The notes beneath the pieces are model-generated. The model was not told the origin of the DNA and did not search any database. It saw only the letters and a program-made list of their open reading frames with translations. From Sphingorhabdus sp. EL138 (GTDB lineage Bacteria; Pseudomonadota; Alphaproteobacteria; Sphingomonadales; Sphingomonadaceae): a DNA stretch of 64,000 bases. The stretch's first letter is position 1; every line of letters begins with the position of its first letter. The position numbers and the translations under genes are program-made. The DNA is taken from positions 25,401-89,400 of the forward strand of contig NZ_CAMAYF010000001.1 in the NCBI RefSeq assembly GCF_945862485.1. The letters are read 5' to 3'. This document shows positions 42,314 through 53,021 of this stretch, piece by piece.

Positions 42314-43072
42314 TTAGACCCGCGCCGGCAATCCAGCCGCCCGTAACGCCGCATGGGCATTCGCAATGCTATATTGGCCGAAATGGAATATCGAAGCGGC
42401 CAGAACGGCGCTGGCATGGCCTTCGCGCACGCCAGCGACCAGATGGTCGAGATTGCCCACACCGCCACTGGCCACCACCGGAATATGGACCGCATCTGCA
42501 ATCGCGCGGGTCAATTCAAGGTCATAGCCGTCCCGCGTGCCGTCGCGGTCCATGCTCGTCACCAACAATTCGCCCGCGCCTAATTCGGCAAGCCTGACGG
42601 CATGCTCCAACGCGTCAATGCCCGTTGAATTGCGGCCACCATGGGTGAAGATTTCCCATCCGTTGCGCGTTCGCCGCGCATCCACGGATGCCACCACGCA
42701 CTGACTGCCGAAACGCGCGGCGATGTCGGCCACAAGCTCTGGCCGCGCCACAGCTGCACTGTTAACCGCGACCTTATCTGCGCCCGCCAGCAATAACGCC
42801 CGCGCATCCTCTGCGCTGCGCACGCCGCCGCCCACGGTCAGCGGCATGAAGCATACCTCCGCCGTGCGCCGCACGACGTCAATAATGGTGCCGCGTCCCT
42901 CATGGCTTGCGCCGATGTCCAAGAAGCATAGCTCATCGGCACCGGCAGCATCATAAGCTTGCGCTTGCTCCACCGGGTCGCCTGCATCGCGTAGGTCTAC
43001 GAAATTGACACCCTTGACCACACGGCCATTGGAGACGTCGAGACAGGGAATAACGCGGACGCGAACGGTCAC
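42314..43072 (-). CDS. hisF: imidazole glycerol phosphate synthase, cyclase subunit
   Basis: [16 protein letters not shown] and the hisBHAF order. Confidence 0.95.
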   Translation of the reverse strand: MTVRVRVIPCLDVSNGRVVKGVNFVDLRDAGDPVEQAQAYDAAGADELCFLDIGASHEGRGTIIDVVRRTAEVCFMPLTVGGGVRSAEDARALLLAGADKVAVNSAAVARPELVADIAARFGSQCVVASVDARRTRNGWEIFTHGGRNSTGIDALEHAVRLAELGAGELLVTSMDRDGTRDGYDLELTRAIADAVHIPVVASGGVGNLDHLVAGVREGHASAVLAASIFHFGQYSIANAHAALRAAGLPARV

Positions 43073-43806
43073 GCGCGTTCCGCCGCTTTGATCGCCGTTG
43101 CGAGATCCAGCCGCCCATCATAAATCGCACGGCCCGTGATGACGCCTTCAATGCCGTCTTTGGCATGGCGCGCAAGCATATGGATATCGTCTATCCCCTT
43201 CACCCCGCCGCTGGCGATCACCGGAATATGCACCCGCCGCGCCAAATCAACCGTTGCGTCGATATTGCATCCGGTCAGCATCCCGTCGCGACCAACATCG
43301 GTGAACAGGATCGAGGCAACGCCCGCATCCTCAAACCGGCGCGCCAGATCAATGACCGGCATGTCGGATTTCTCCGCCCAGCCTTCGGTGGCAACAAATC
43401 CATCGCGCGCGTCAACGGCAACGACAATGCCATCTGTAAATTCGCGCGCCATATCCTTCACAAAATTTGGGTCTTTCAGCGCCGCTGTACCAATGACCAG
43501 CCGCGCCACACCCATGTCGAACCAGCGCTCCGCTGTCTGCGTATTGCGAATGCCGCCGCCCAATTGGATATAGCCGGGGAAATTTTCGATAATCCCTTCC
43601 ACCGCTTCGGCATTTTCTGGCCGTCCGGCGAATGCACCGTCGAGGTCGACCACATGTAGAAATTGCGCGCCTTGTTCGGCAAACAGCATCGCCTGCGCCG
43701 CTGGGTCATCGGCATAGACCGTCGCGCGGTTCATATCGCCTTCGGCCAAGCGGACAACTTCGCCACCCTTTAGGTCAATCGCAGGGAAGACAATCACGGC
43801 ATCCAC
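43069..43806 (-). CDS. hisA: ProFAR isomerase
   Basis: [14 protein letters not shown] and LQLGGGIR motifs. Confidence 0.95.
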   Translation of the reverse strand: MDAVIVFPAIDLKGGEVVRLAEGDMNRATVYADDPAAQAMLFAEQGAQFLHVVDLDGAFAGRPENAEAVEGIIENFPGYIQLGGGIRNTQTAERWFDMGVARLVIGTAALKDPNFVKDMAREFTDGIVVAVDARDGFVATEGWAEKSDMPVIDLARRFEDAGVASILFTDVGRDGMLTGCNIDATVDLARRVHIPVIASGGVKGIDDIHMLARHAKDGIEGVITGRAIYDGRLDLATAIKAAERA

Positions 43807-44405
43807 TCCAAAAAGCGTTTCAGAAAATTGATGCCATAAGTCTGGCTCTTTTCGGGGTGAAATTGCACACCCATGATATTGTCGTGGCCAACCGCCGCAA
43901 CGAGTGGACCACCATGGTCAGTGGTCGCAAGCACATCCACCTCATTTGCGGCATCGAAGTGATAGCCATGGAGGAAATAAGCTTCGCCGCGCTCTATCAA
44001 CGGCGCGCGGTCATGGGGCACAACATCATTCCAGCCCATATGCGGGATTTTAAGGTCAGGCGCTGGCGCAATCGCGCGCACAGTGCCGCCAATCCAACCC
44101 AGCCCGCGCGTGCTGCCATGTTCAACGCCTTCATCGGCGAGCAATTGCATACCAACACAAATGCCCAAAAATGGTGTGGCTTCACCCCGAACGCGCTGTT
44201 CCATCGCATCGATCATGCCGTCAATGGCGGACAAAGCCTCCATACAATGGGCAAAGGCGCCGACGCCGGGCAGAACAATACGCCCGGCCTTGGCCACAAT
44301 ATCTGGATCAGCGGTCACGCGAATGTCTCTCGCACCAGCCGCCTTCAACGCATTATGCACCGAATGCAGATTGCCCGCGCCATAATCAATCAGCGCAAGT
44401 GACAC
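43794..44405 (-). CDS. hisH: imidazole glycerol phosphate synthase, glutaminase subunit
   Basis: IDYGAGNLHSV, active-site GICVGMQLL and FHPEKS. Confidence 0.95.
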   Translation of the reverse strand: MSLALIDYGAGNLHSVHNALKAAGARDIRVTADPDIVAKAGRIVLPGVGAFAHCMEALSAIDGMIDAMEQRVRGEATPFLGICVGMQLLADEGVEHGSTRGLGWIGGTVRAIAPAPDLKIPHMGWNDVVPHDRAPLIERGEAYFLHGYHFDAANEVDVLATTDHGGPLVAAVGHDNIMGVQFHPEKSQTYGINFLKRFLEWMP

Positions 44406-44408
44406 GAC

Positions 44409-44996
44409 CTACAAAGTGCCTTTGGTAGATGGAATAGCATCCGCCTTGCGCGGATCGATCTCAATCGCTTGCCGCAGGGCGCGGGCCAAAGCCTTATAAC
44501 AGCTCTCAACAATATGATGGTTGTTCGAACCATATAGATTTTCGACATGCAATGTGATGCCCGCGCTGGTAGCGAAGCTGTGGAACCAATGTTCGATCAG
44601 CTCCGTGTCCCATTCGCCAAGCCGCGGCATGCCAAGCGATACTTTCCACACAAAATACGGACGGCCCGAAATGTCGAGCGCGCACCGCGTCAGGGTTTCG
44701 TCCATCGGCGCATAGGCCGTGCCATAACGGGTAATGCCGCGCTTATCGCCCAAAGCCTGCAACACCGCCTCGCCAATAGCGATACCGGTATCTTCGGTGG
44801 TGTGATGCTGGTCGATATGCAGATCGCCTATCGCCTTGACCTTCAAATCGATGAGCGAATGCCGCGACAATTGCTCCAACATATGGTCCAAAAAGCCAAT
44901 GCCTGTGGACACGTCATATACACCACTGCCGTCGAGGTTGACCTCAACATCAATGGACGTTTCGTTCGTCTTGCGACTGATAGAGCCTGTACGCAT
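44409..44996 (-). CDS. hisB: imidazoleglycerol-phosphate dehydratase
   Basis: [16 protein letters not shown] and [12 protein letters not shown]. The start is at MRTGSISRK (M29 of the track ORF). Confidence 0.92.
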   Translation of the reverse strand: MRTGSISRKTNETSIDVEVNLDGSGVYDVSTGIGFLDHMLEQLSRHSLIDLKVKAIGDLHIDQHHTTEDTGIAIGEAVLQALGDKRGITRYGTAYAPMDETLTRCALDISGRPYFVWKVSLGMPRLGEWDTELIEHWFHSFATSAGITLHVENLYGSNNHHIVESCYKALARALRQAIEIDPRKADAIPSTKGTL

Positions 44997-45089
44997 GGCC
45001 GCCGATATAGCCGTATGCGCGCATTTGGCAAGTTGGCTTACGGCAATAAGCGTCTTGATTTCGGGCTCCCAGCGGTCCACCTAGTGGCG

Positions 45090-45562
45090 ATGACCGAAGA
45101 GCATGTTGATAGCCTGATTCCTTATGATGACGTTGTGCAAGAGGCATTGCGCGCCGTGGTGGGCCGTGTGCTCGGCAATGTTGCGCGCGATGGCCTACCG
45201 GGCGAACATCATTTCTACATTACTTTCAAGACGCAAGCCCCCGGCGTTTCTATTCCGCAACATCTGCATGAACGCTTCCCTGACGAAATGACCATTGTGC
45301 TCCAGCACAAATATTGGGACCTGAAGGTGGAAGCCGAACATTTCGAAGTTGGCCTGTCTTTCAATCAAATCCCATCGCATCTTTTCATCCCTTATTCCGC
45401 GATCACGGCCTTTGTGGACCCAGCGGTGGACTTCGCGCTGCAATTCCATGTGGACGCGGGCGAAAGCGCGTCTAAACAGCATGAAGAAGCCGGTAATGAC
45501 GGCCCCTCCGTCGTCATCGAAGATGGTTCCAACGTCGTCAGTGTGGACTTCGGACGGAAAAA

Positions 45563-45566
<4 letters not shown>
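45090..45566 (+). CDS. sspB: ClpXP adaptor SspB-like (stringent starvation protein B family)
   Basis: HHFYITFKT..PGV.IP..L...FPDEMTIVLQHKYWDL is the SspB signature. Only the last 477 nt of track ORF 44547-45566 are used; the rest is antisense to hisB. Confidence 0.8.
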
Positions 45567-46951
<1,385 letters not shown>

Positions 46952-46988
46952 GGCATGTCATGTCGTCACGTTTAACGGGAAACATCTC

Positions 46989-47183
46989 ATGTTAAAATCC
47001 ATCGCAGGGGCCGTTATCGGCGAAACCATCGGTCGCAAGCAGGGTCATGGCTTGCTGGGCGCGGGCATTGGTCTGCTGGCCACGCGGATAGCGACGCGTT
47101 CCATTCCAGGCTTATTGCTGGTCGGCGGCGCAATTGCAGCCAAAACTATTTATGACAAACGCAAAGAGCGTAAGGACGCCTAA
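46989..47183 (+). CDS. small glycine-zipper membrane protein (64 aa)
   Basis: MLKSIAGAVIGETIGRKQGHGLLGAGIGLLATRIA.... The track ORF 46701-47183 overlaps fumC, so I use the internal ATG at 46989. Confidence 0.5.
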   Translation: MLKSIAGAVIGETIGRKQGHGLLGAGIGLLATRIATRSIPGLLLVGGAIAAKTIYDKRKERKDA

Positions 47184-47252
47184 CCCGCTTTTGCCGTCCA
47201 CGGACTGCGCTTCCCTCTTGACGCCGCCCTGCCCTTTCGCGCAGTAGCGGCT

Positions 47253-47906
47253 ATGGCCCATAAAGACCCACACAAGCCGTATGAATTGGAACGCCGCGGC
47301 CTTCTGCTCGTCCTTTCGTCGCCCTCCGGTGCTGGCAAATCCACGCTTTCGCGTATGCTTTTGGATGCGGATGACAAAATCGCTTTATCGGTCTCCTACA
47401 CCACCCGCCCTCCCCGCCCCGGCGAGATTGAAGGTGTGCATTATCATTTCACGGATGTCGCAACATTCAAACAAATGGCAGCAGACGGGGAATTTCTGGA
47501 ATGGGCGCATGTCTTTGGCAACCGTTATGGCACGCCCAAAGGCCCTGTGGAGGAAAAGCTTGCGGCAGGTTGCGATGTTCTGTTCGACATCGATTGGCAA
47601 GGCGCGCAGCAATTATATCAAGAGGCCGGACCGGATGTCGTCCGCGTGTTCATCTTGCCACCATCTATCGAAGAACTGGAGCGCCGATTATTCAGCCGCG
47701 CGCAGGACAGCGAATCCGTCATTTCCGATCGCATGAGCCGCGCAAAGGCCGAAATCGGGCATTGGGATGGCTATGATTATGTGCTCATCAACGATGATGT
47801 GCAGGCCTGTTTTGAAAAAGTACGGCAGATACTCGCCGCCGAACGCATGAAAAGGCGGCGGCAAAAGGGCCTTATCGGCTTCGTACGCGATCTCGCCGCG
47901 TCTTAA
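47253..47906 (+). CDS. gmk: guanylate kinase
   Basis: P-loop SSPSGAGKST and YTTRPPRPGEIEGVHYHF. Confidence 0.95.
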   Translation: MAHKDPHKPYELERRGLLLVLSSPSGAGKSTLSRMLLDADDKIALSVSYTTRPPRPGEIEGVHYHFTDVATFKQMAADGEFLEWAHVFGNRYGTPKGPVEEKLAAGCDVLFDIDWQGAQQLYQEAGPDVVRVFILPPSIEELERRLFSRAQDSESVISDRMSRAKAEIGHWDGYDYVLINDDVQACFEKVRQILAAERMKRRRQKGLIGFVRDLAAS

Positions 47907-48379
47907 GCCAACCCAGCCAGCAACAGGGTCAATCCGCCCAGCCCAAGCGACAAATGCCAGCGCAGCTGCATCCAGCCCATAGGCAAGGCACAACGTGCAC
48001 CCAGCCAGCGATCCCCCAAGGGCGATAGCAGCAGGAAAAACCCAAGCCACGCCAACGACGGGCCGGGCCATTCCCAACCCAAAATCCACGGCACATAGGT
48101 AGCCAGCGCCAGCAAGCTGGGCGCAACGGCCAGCGCGAAAATGCCATTGGCGGACGCATCATCTGTGCGCGTGGTCATGCCAAGCGCCCACCACATGCCG
48201 CCGATAAAGCTGAAAATAAAGGCGGCATAGCCATACGCCAAGGCAAGGCCAGTCCATTGATAATCGGAACCCGATAGCACCATAATGGCGGCAATGACCT
48301 GCGGCAATAATCCGGCATAGCCCGCGATAAAGGCAGCCTTGGGAATGGGGCGTAGGGTGAAAGTTGCGCTATCGGTCAT
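47903..48379 (-). CDS. DUF3429-like membrane protein
   Basis: 158 aa with 4-5 transmembrane helices and the N-terminal pattern AGYAGLLPQV. Confidence 0.6.
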   Translation of the reverse strand: MTDSATFTLRPIPKAAFIAGYAGLLPQVIAAIMVLSGSDYQWTGLALAYGYAAFIFSFIGGMWWALGMTTRTDDASANGIFALAVAPSLLALATYVPWILGWEWPGPSLAWLGFFLLLSPLGDRWLGARCALPMGWMQLRWHLSLGLGGLTLLLAGLA

Positions 48380-48445
48380 GGCTTTTTCCTTAAATGCACC
48401 GCGCGATTACACGCTGCACAAAACCCCCGTGAGATGGGTATTCAC

Positions 48446-49147
48446 CTATGTTCCGGACGTCAGCAGGTCAAGAAAGCGTGCGGCCGCCATAAATTCGCCT
48501 TCGCGGTCACTGCGGTTTTTCTGCGCCCAATGGTCGGCGCCCCATAACTCTTCCTGCCAATATTCATCGAGGCAGGCGGCGTTCCAAATATCTTCGGGCG
48601 TGCCTGCGCGCTCAATCACCGCCAAGGTGGCAACGAGCGACCCCGACAAATGCGCAAGCTTCGCCATCGCCGCCAGCTCAAATGCTCCGCGTCTAGCGAC
48701 CACGCCGCGCAATATCTCCAGCGTTGCGACGGGTTGCAGCTGGTGCATGATGCCTTCGACAATCACAAAGCTAATGTCATATCGACCCTGCGCCCAATGC
48801 AGCCAAGGGTCCCAAATCTGTGCCTGCCGGTCGGCCAAAGCTTCACCAGCCGCCGCGCGATAACAAAAAAGGTCTGTCTCACCATAAGCGGCAATGGCGG
48901 CGGCAAAGCCCGCATGATCCGGCGCAATCCGGTCAATGGCGGCATTGGCAAAGCCCGTCACGGGCATCAATATCGGGTTAAGCGTTTTTTCCACCGCCTC
49001 CCACTCGGCCACGACTGCGTCCGCCATTTTCTGCGTCGGCAGCGCAAGCGCATTACCCGTGGGTGTCTTTACCGGACGCCCATCGAGCCGGACAGCTTGG
49101 CCCAATGGCGTGGGCTCAAGCGTAACCTCTTTCCAAAACCGCCTCAT
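48446..49147 (-). CDS. ATP12 family F1-ATPase assembly chaperone
   Basis: RFWKEVTLEP....AVRLDGRPVKTP.GN.L.LPT is typical of ATP12. Confidence 0.8.
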   Translation of the reverse strand: MRRFWKEVTLEPTPLGQAVRLDGRPVKTPTGNALALPTQKMADAVVAEWEAVEKTLNPILMPVTGFANAAIDRIAPDHAGFAAAIAAYGETDLFCYRAAAGEALADRQAQIWDPWLHWAQGRYDISFVIVEGIMHQLQPVATLEILRGVVARRGAFELAAMAKLAHLSGSLVATLAVIERAGTPEDIWNAACLDEYWQEELWGADHWAQKNRSDREGEFMAAARFLDLLTSGT

Positions 49148-49383
49148 TGATCCGGCTTACTTTTCCATCTTTTGGAAAGGAATACAGGTACAAGGAGAAA
49201 GTCGAGCATACCAAGCAGAAACAACACATACCCCGCCGCCTTGGGGATACCAAACGCCTCCCGCGCAATGGCGGCAAGGCCCACCACCAATAAGACGGCG
49301 CCTGTGATCCGGCAAAGGTTAATGACCAAAAAGCGATATTGTGCCTGCATTTCTGCGCGGGCCTTGTCGTCCATTGGCGTCAT
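49144..49383 (-). CDS. small membrane protein (79 aa)
   Basis: Two predicted transmembrane helices. It overlaps both neighbours by 4 nt. Confidence 0.5.
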   Translation of the reverse strand: MTPMDDKARAEMQAQYRFLVINLCRITGAVLLVVGLAAIAREAFGIPKAAGYVLFLLGMLDFLLVPVFLSKRWKSKPDQ

Positions 49384-50042
49384 GCAAAATCCTTTAGATA
49401 GGCCTTCAGATCATCCATGCTTTCGGCGATATAGTCCGCGCCTGCTTCGCGCAACTCTGCAACTTTGTGATAGCCCCAATTTACGCCCACCGTTCGCGTT
49501 CCGGCGGCGCGGCCCATATGAATGTCATACACCGTATCACCAATAACCACCGCATTGCATGCGTCCGCGTCGGCATCGGCCAAGGCCTGATACACCATTG
49601 ACGGGTGCGGTTTGGACGGATGGCTGTCGGCGGTTTGCAGCGTCACAAACAGGCCCTTAATCGCATGATGGTCCAAACAGCGGATCAGCCCGCGATCTGA
49701 CTTGCCTGTAGCCACGCCCAACATCCACCCGTCTTCGTCCAATTCCGACAATAAGGCCGCTATACCGTCATAAAGCGGTTCGTCGACGAGGCCATTGTTG
49801 CGCAATGTCAGGAACGCCGCGCGATACTGTTCGGCCAAATCATCATGGGTTTTGGCATCGGCATGGGGCAACAACACCCGCATCGATTCCACCAAAGACA
49901 GTCCAACCACGCGCCGTATATCGTGCCGCAGCGGTGGCGGATGCCCCGCGCCTTCAAACGCATGCTCCATCGCCATGCAAATATTGGCCTGACTGTCGAC
50001 CAAAGTCCCGTCGCAATCAAATATGGCAAGCTTCACCGTCAC
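49380..50042 (-). CDS. HAD-superfamily hydrolase (phosphoglycolate phosphatase-like)
   Basis: Motif I IFDCDGTLVDS and motif IV IGDTVYD. Confidence 0.85.
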   Translation of the reverse strand: MTVKLAIFDCDGTLVDSQANICMAMEHAFEGAGHPPPLRHDIRRVVGLSLVESMRVLLPHADAKTHDDLAEQYRAAFLTLRNNGLVDEPLYDGIAALLSELDEDGWMLGVATGKSDRGLIRCLDHHAIKGLFVTLQTADSHPSKPHPSMVYQALADADADACNAVVIGDTVYDIHMGRAAGTRTVGVNWGYHKVAELREAGADYIAESMDDLKAYLKDFA

Positions 50043-50638
50043 GGCAGATGGCGCATCACATCAGCAATATCGGGCTTGCCCGCTTGCGCGGCCCCGTCGG
50101 CAGCGGCATTGCGTGCGGCGTCGGGTTTATTTTGTCCTAATTTGCGCGTGCCGCGCCACGCGGTGATGTCCATATGAAAGCCCAATATGCCCCGAAGCAT
50201 CTTTTCAAAATAACCATCGGCCATTTTCGACCGATCCCAAAGCGGCTTTGGCGCCAATTTCGTTTCCTGAAATAGGCTCAGCGCATCGGATTGGGCGATC
50301 AGCTCAGCTGCGTCCATTTGGCGCATATTGCCCTGCATCTCTGCTGCGCAATAGTTCCAAGTGGGCACTTGATTATCCATGCCATACCAATCCGGGCTGA
50401 TATACCCGTCCGGACCGTTGACAACAAACAAGGCTTCCGCGCCATCCAGATATTGGGTCATCGCGTTGTTGCGCGCGATATGAAAACCAATGCGGTTTTC
50501 TGCCAAAAAAACGAAGGGCAGATGGGCAACGCGCGGCCCCTCCGGGGTCGCCAAAAAAATCGTGCCAAACCCTATATCCTGCGCAAAAGCGCGCAGCGCG
50601 TCAAGATCTTCCCAAGCAAAGGCGGCGTTCGGGTGCAT
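50039..50638 (-). CDS. FMN-binding negative transcriptional regulator (PaiB family)
   Basis: 199 aa with a PaiB-like pattern (PEGPRVAHLPF, HIARNN, VPTWNY). Confidence 0.75.
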   Translation of the reverse strand: MHPNAAFAWEDLDALRAFAQDIGFGTIFLATPEGPRVAHLPFVFLAENRIGFHIARNNAMTQYLDGAEALFVVNGPDGYISPDWYGMDNQVPTWNYCAAEMQGNMRQMDAAELIAQSDALSLFQETKLAPKPLWDRSKMADGYFEKMLRGILGFHMDITAWRGTRKLGQNKPDAARNAAADGAAQAGKPDIADVMRHLP

Positions 50639-51891
50639 TAAGCATTGGTCCTTGGTGCAGCCTTCTTCTTCACAGGTGCCCTCTTTGCTGGCGCTTTTCC
50701 AGCGACGGCTTTCTTGATCACAGGCTTTTTCGCCGCGATTTTCTTGCCAGCGGCCATTTGGCTGCGTTTATTATCCTTGGGCTTGTCGGCCACCGAACCA
50801 CGCGAGCGGCGTTCACCCTTGCGTTCTTTGCGCGCAGACTTGGCGATATTGGCCGCAACGCGTTTCTTGCCTTCGGCGGTTTCGCTGAATTTGGGTGCGT
50901 CGAGCACTAAGGCATCGCCCATTTCAATGTCGAAGCCCAAATCGTCAAAGCTGGCCGCCATATGCGGTGGCAAATCGGCGCGGACATCAATTTGATGGCC
51001 CGAAGGGTGGTCAATGCGGATGCGGCGGGCGTGGAGATGCATTTTACGGCTGATCGTGCCCGTTAGAAACGCTTCCTTGCCGCCATATTTGCCGTCGCCG
51101 ACAATCGGGTGGCCAATCGCCGCCATATGCACACGCAACTGATGGGTGCGGCCTGTATAAGGTTGCAATTCGACCCATGCAGTTGCGTTGCCCGCGCGTT
51201 CAACAATACGATAGCGGGTGCGCGCGGATTGCCCGTCTTTTTCATCGACATGCATTTTTTCGCCGCCGCTGCCCGGTTGCTTGCCAATGGGCAGGTCAAT
51301 GAAGCCATCGGCAATGTCCGGCACGCCCACGACCAAAGCCCAATATACCTTGCGCGCGGTGCGCGATGAAAATGCCTTAGCAAAATGCCCCGCCGAACGC
51401 GATGTCCGCGCCAAAAGCAACGCGCCCGATGTATCCTTGTCCAATCGGTGGACAAGCTTTGGCCGGCTATCAAGCTCAAAGCCCAAGGCATCCAGCAGGC
51501 CATCGACATGGTTCTCGGTCTTGGTTCCGCCCTGTGTCGCCAACCCTGCCGGCTTGTTGATCACCAAGGCGGCATCATCCTTGTGGATGACCATGCTCAG
51601 CGCGAATTCCATTTCGTCTTCGGTCAGGTCACGGCGCTTACGCACCGGCCGCGCGCTGGAGGACGCAGAACTGTCCGCAGGCGGAACGCGCAATGTCTGG
51701 CCCGCCAGCAACCGAACACCCGGTGTGGCCCGCTTGCCATCGACGCGCAATTGCCCCGTGCGCGCCCAGCGCGACACGATGTTGAACGACGCGTCGGGCA
51801 AATGCCGCTTGAACCAACGGTCCAACCGTATGCCATCATCATCGGGGGCCACGACAAATTGCCGTATGCCTTTTTCGTCTTGCTTACTCAT
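50638..51891 (-). CDS. RluA/RluC family pseudouridine synthase with a Lys/Ala-rich C-terminal tail
   Basis: S4 domain (RLDRWFKRHL) and catalytic HRLDKDTSG. The start is at MSKQDEKG (M95 of the track ORF), overlapping the crcB stop (ATGA). Confidence 0.85.
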   Translation of the reverse strand: MSKQDEKGIRQFVVAPDDDGIRLDRWFKRHLPDASFNIVSRWARTGQLRVDGKRATPGVRLLAGQTLRVPPADSSASSSARPVRKRRDLTEDEMEFALSMVIHKDDAALVINKPAGLATQGGTKTENHVDGLLDALGFELDSRPKLVHRLDKDTSGALLLARTSRSAGHFAKAFSSRTARKVYWALVVGVPDIADGFIDLPIGKQPGSGGEKMHVDEKDGQSARTRYRIVERAGNATAWVELQPYTGRTHQLRVHMAAIGHPIVGDGKYGGKEAFLTGTISRKMHLHARRIRIDHPSGHQIDVRADLPPHMAASFDDLGFDIEMGDALVLDAPKFSETAEGKKRVAANIAKSARKERKGERRSRGSVADKPKDNKRSQMAAGKKIAAKKPVIKKAVAGKAPAKRAPVKKKAAPRTNA

Positions 51892-52265
51892 GCCCAAATT
51901 GCCTTTGCTATCGCCATCCCAGCGAACACTGCGCCAAGCGCCAATAACACCGACGCCAGCGCATATAGGGCCGCTAGGCCCATCTGCCCGCGTTGCACCA
52001 TCTGCGCCATTTCCAATGAGAAGGCGCTGAAGGTCGTAAACCCGCCCAAAACGCCGACACCCAGAAACAGACGCAACGGTTCCGCCGCATTGTCCCCACG
52101 CAGCAGCCATAATGCCAATATGCCCATGCACAGCCCGCCAACGACATTTGCGGCAAAGGTCGGCCACGGCCAACCAGCCGCGCCGACCGGCAAGGCGCGA
52201 GACAGGCCATAACGCAAGCCTGCGCCCATGGCTCCACCCGACATGACAAGGATGATGGGGTTCAT
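51888..52265 (-). CDS. crcB: fluoride ion channel CrcB/FluC
   Basis: GGAMGAGLRYGLS and GVLGGFTTFSAFSLE. The start is at MNPIILV. Confidence 0.88.
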   Translation of the reverse strand: MNPIILVMSGGAMGAGLRYGLSRALPVGAAGWPWPTFAANVVGGLCMGILALWLLRGDNAAEPLRLFLGVGVLGGFTTFSAFSLEMAQMVQRGQMGLAALYALASVLLALGAVFAGMAIAKAIWA

Positions 52266-52443
52266 ATCCGCGCTGTAGCGGCGGTGAATGTTAAAAGCCA
52301 GCCAAAGGAAACGGGCAGGCGTCAGCCTAAACACGACGGAACGAAATCCATCACGCCTCGCCGACGCACAGGAAACATGATAGGCACTTCATCTTCGCGC
52401 GCACGACGCCCAGCCGCGCCATAAAATGTTCTAAGGAAAATGC

Positions 52444-52629
52444 ATGATCCCCTTTGTCACTATGACTGACGCGCGTGGCCAAAAAATCTCGGTCAATCCC
52501 GAAATTGTTCAATTTGTCCGCGCCGCCGACAATGCGCAGGATGAATGCTTGATCGTATTTGGAAAGGATCAATTGCTCCGCGTGTGCGGCAGCCTCGATG
52601 AAGTCACCGACGCCTTACGCCACGGCTAA
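52444..52629 (+). CDS. small hypothetical protein (61 aa), FlbD/SwrD-like sequence pattern
   Basis: MIPFVTMTDARGQKISVNPEIVQFVRAAD...CLIVFGKDQLLRVCGSLDEVTDAL parallels the FlbD family pattern (MI.VT.LNG..F.LN.DLIE.IE..PDT.I.L.NG....V.ES.EEV). The family assignment is unverified. Confidence 0.45.
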   Translation: MIPFVTMTDARGQKISVNPEIVQFVRAADNAQDECLIVFGKDQLLRVCGSLDEVTDALRHG

Positions 52630-52765
52630 TCGCGGGACGCACCCGCGCGGCATAAATACGCCTTTGATGGGTTAGGACGCGATTTGTAACTATCTGGAAT
52701 GTAGTAAGACGTTTGTTTTGTGCGATTTTTATCGGAAACGACAGTCGCCCCAGCCACACACATCG

Positions 52766-52791
52766 CGTCACCTTGAACTTGTTTCAGGGTC
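52766..52791 (+). repeat. solo left arm of the MITE/REP-like element (copy 4)
   Basis: CGTCACCTTGAACTTGTTTCAGGGTC, with no matching right arm nearby. It lies in the acnA upstream region. Confidence 0.6.
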
Positions 52792-53021
52792 TTAATTCGT
52801 TTCCCACTTCGCTTTATCCTTCATCACGCCCCCCTTCCCTGACCAGCAATTTTACCCCGCCCCACCTTGCACGCCTACTCCATAAGCGCTAAGGCGCGGC
52901 CAGCAAACGAATCTCCCGCTTTTACGCTGGTTTGACGCGCGTTTCATGGGTTGCAGCAAGCGCCTACCGTGTCGTCTTCCCCATCCGGCCAAAAGCCCAA
53001 ATTTTAAGGGATTATGAAAAC

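Noticed and set aside
44547-45089. 5' two-thirds of the 339-aa plus-strand ORF 44547-45566
   Set aside because: This part is antisense to hisB. Only the last 158 codons, from the ATG at 45090, show the SspB signature.
51218-52212. 270-aa and 275-aa plus-strand ORFs
   Set aside because: They are antisense to the pseudouridine synthase and crcB genes and have Arg/Pro/Ala-rich shadow composition.
52266-52443. Possible fluoride riboswitch upstream of crcB
   Set aside because: I read the minus strand for the crcB-motif blocks (GGCGAUGG..UUCGCC ... AAAC.GCC ... GCUGAUGA..CCUAC). I found only fragments (GAUGG, GGCUGACGCCU, and a possible AGGCGU/ACGCCU pairing) in the wrong order. A covariance-model search (RF01734) would settle it; a hit would overturn this rejection.
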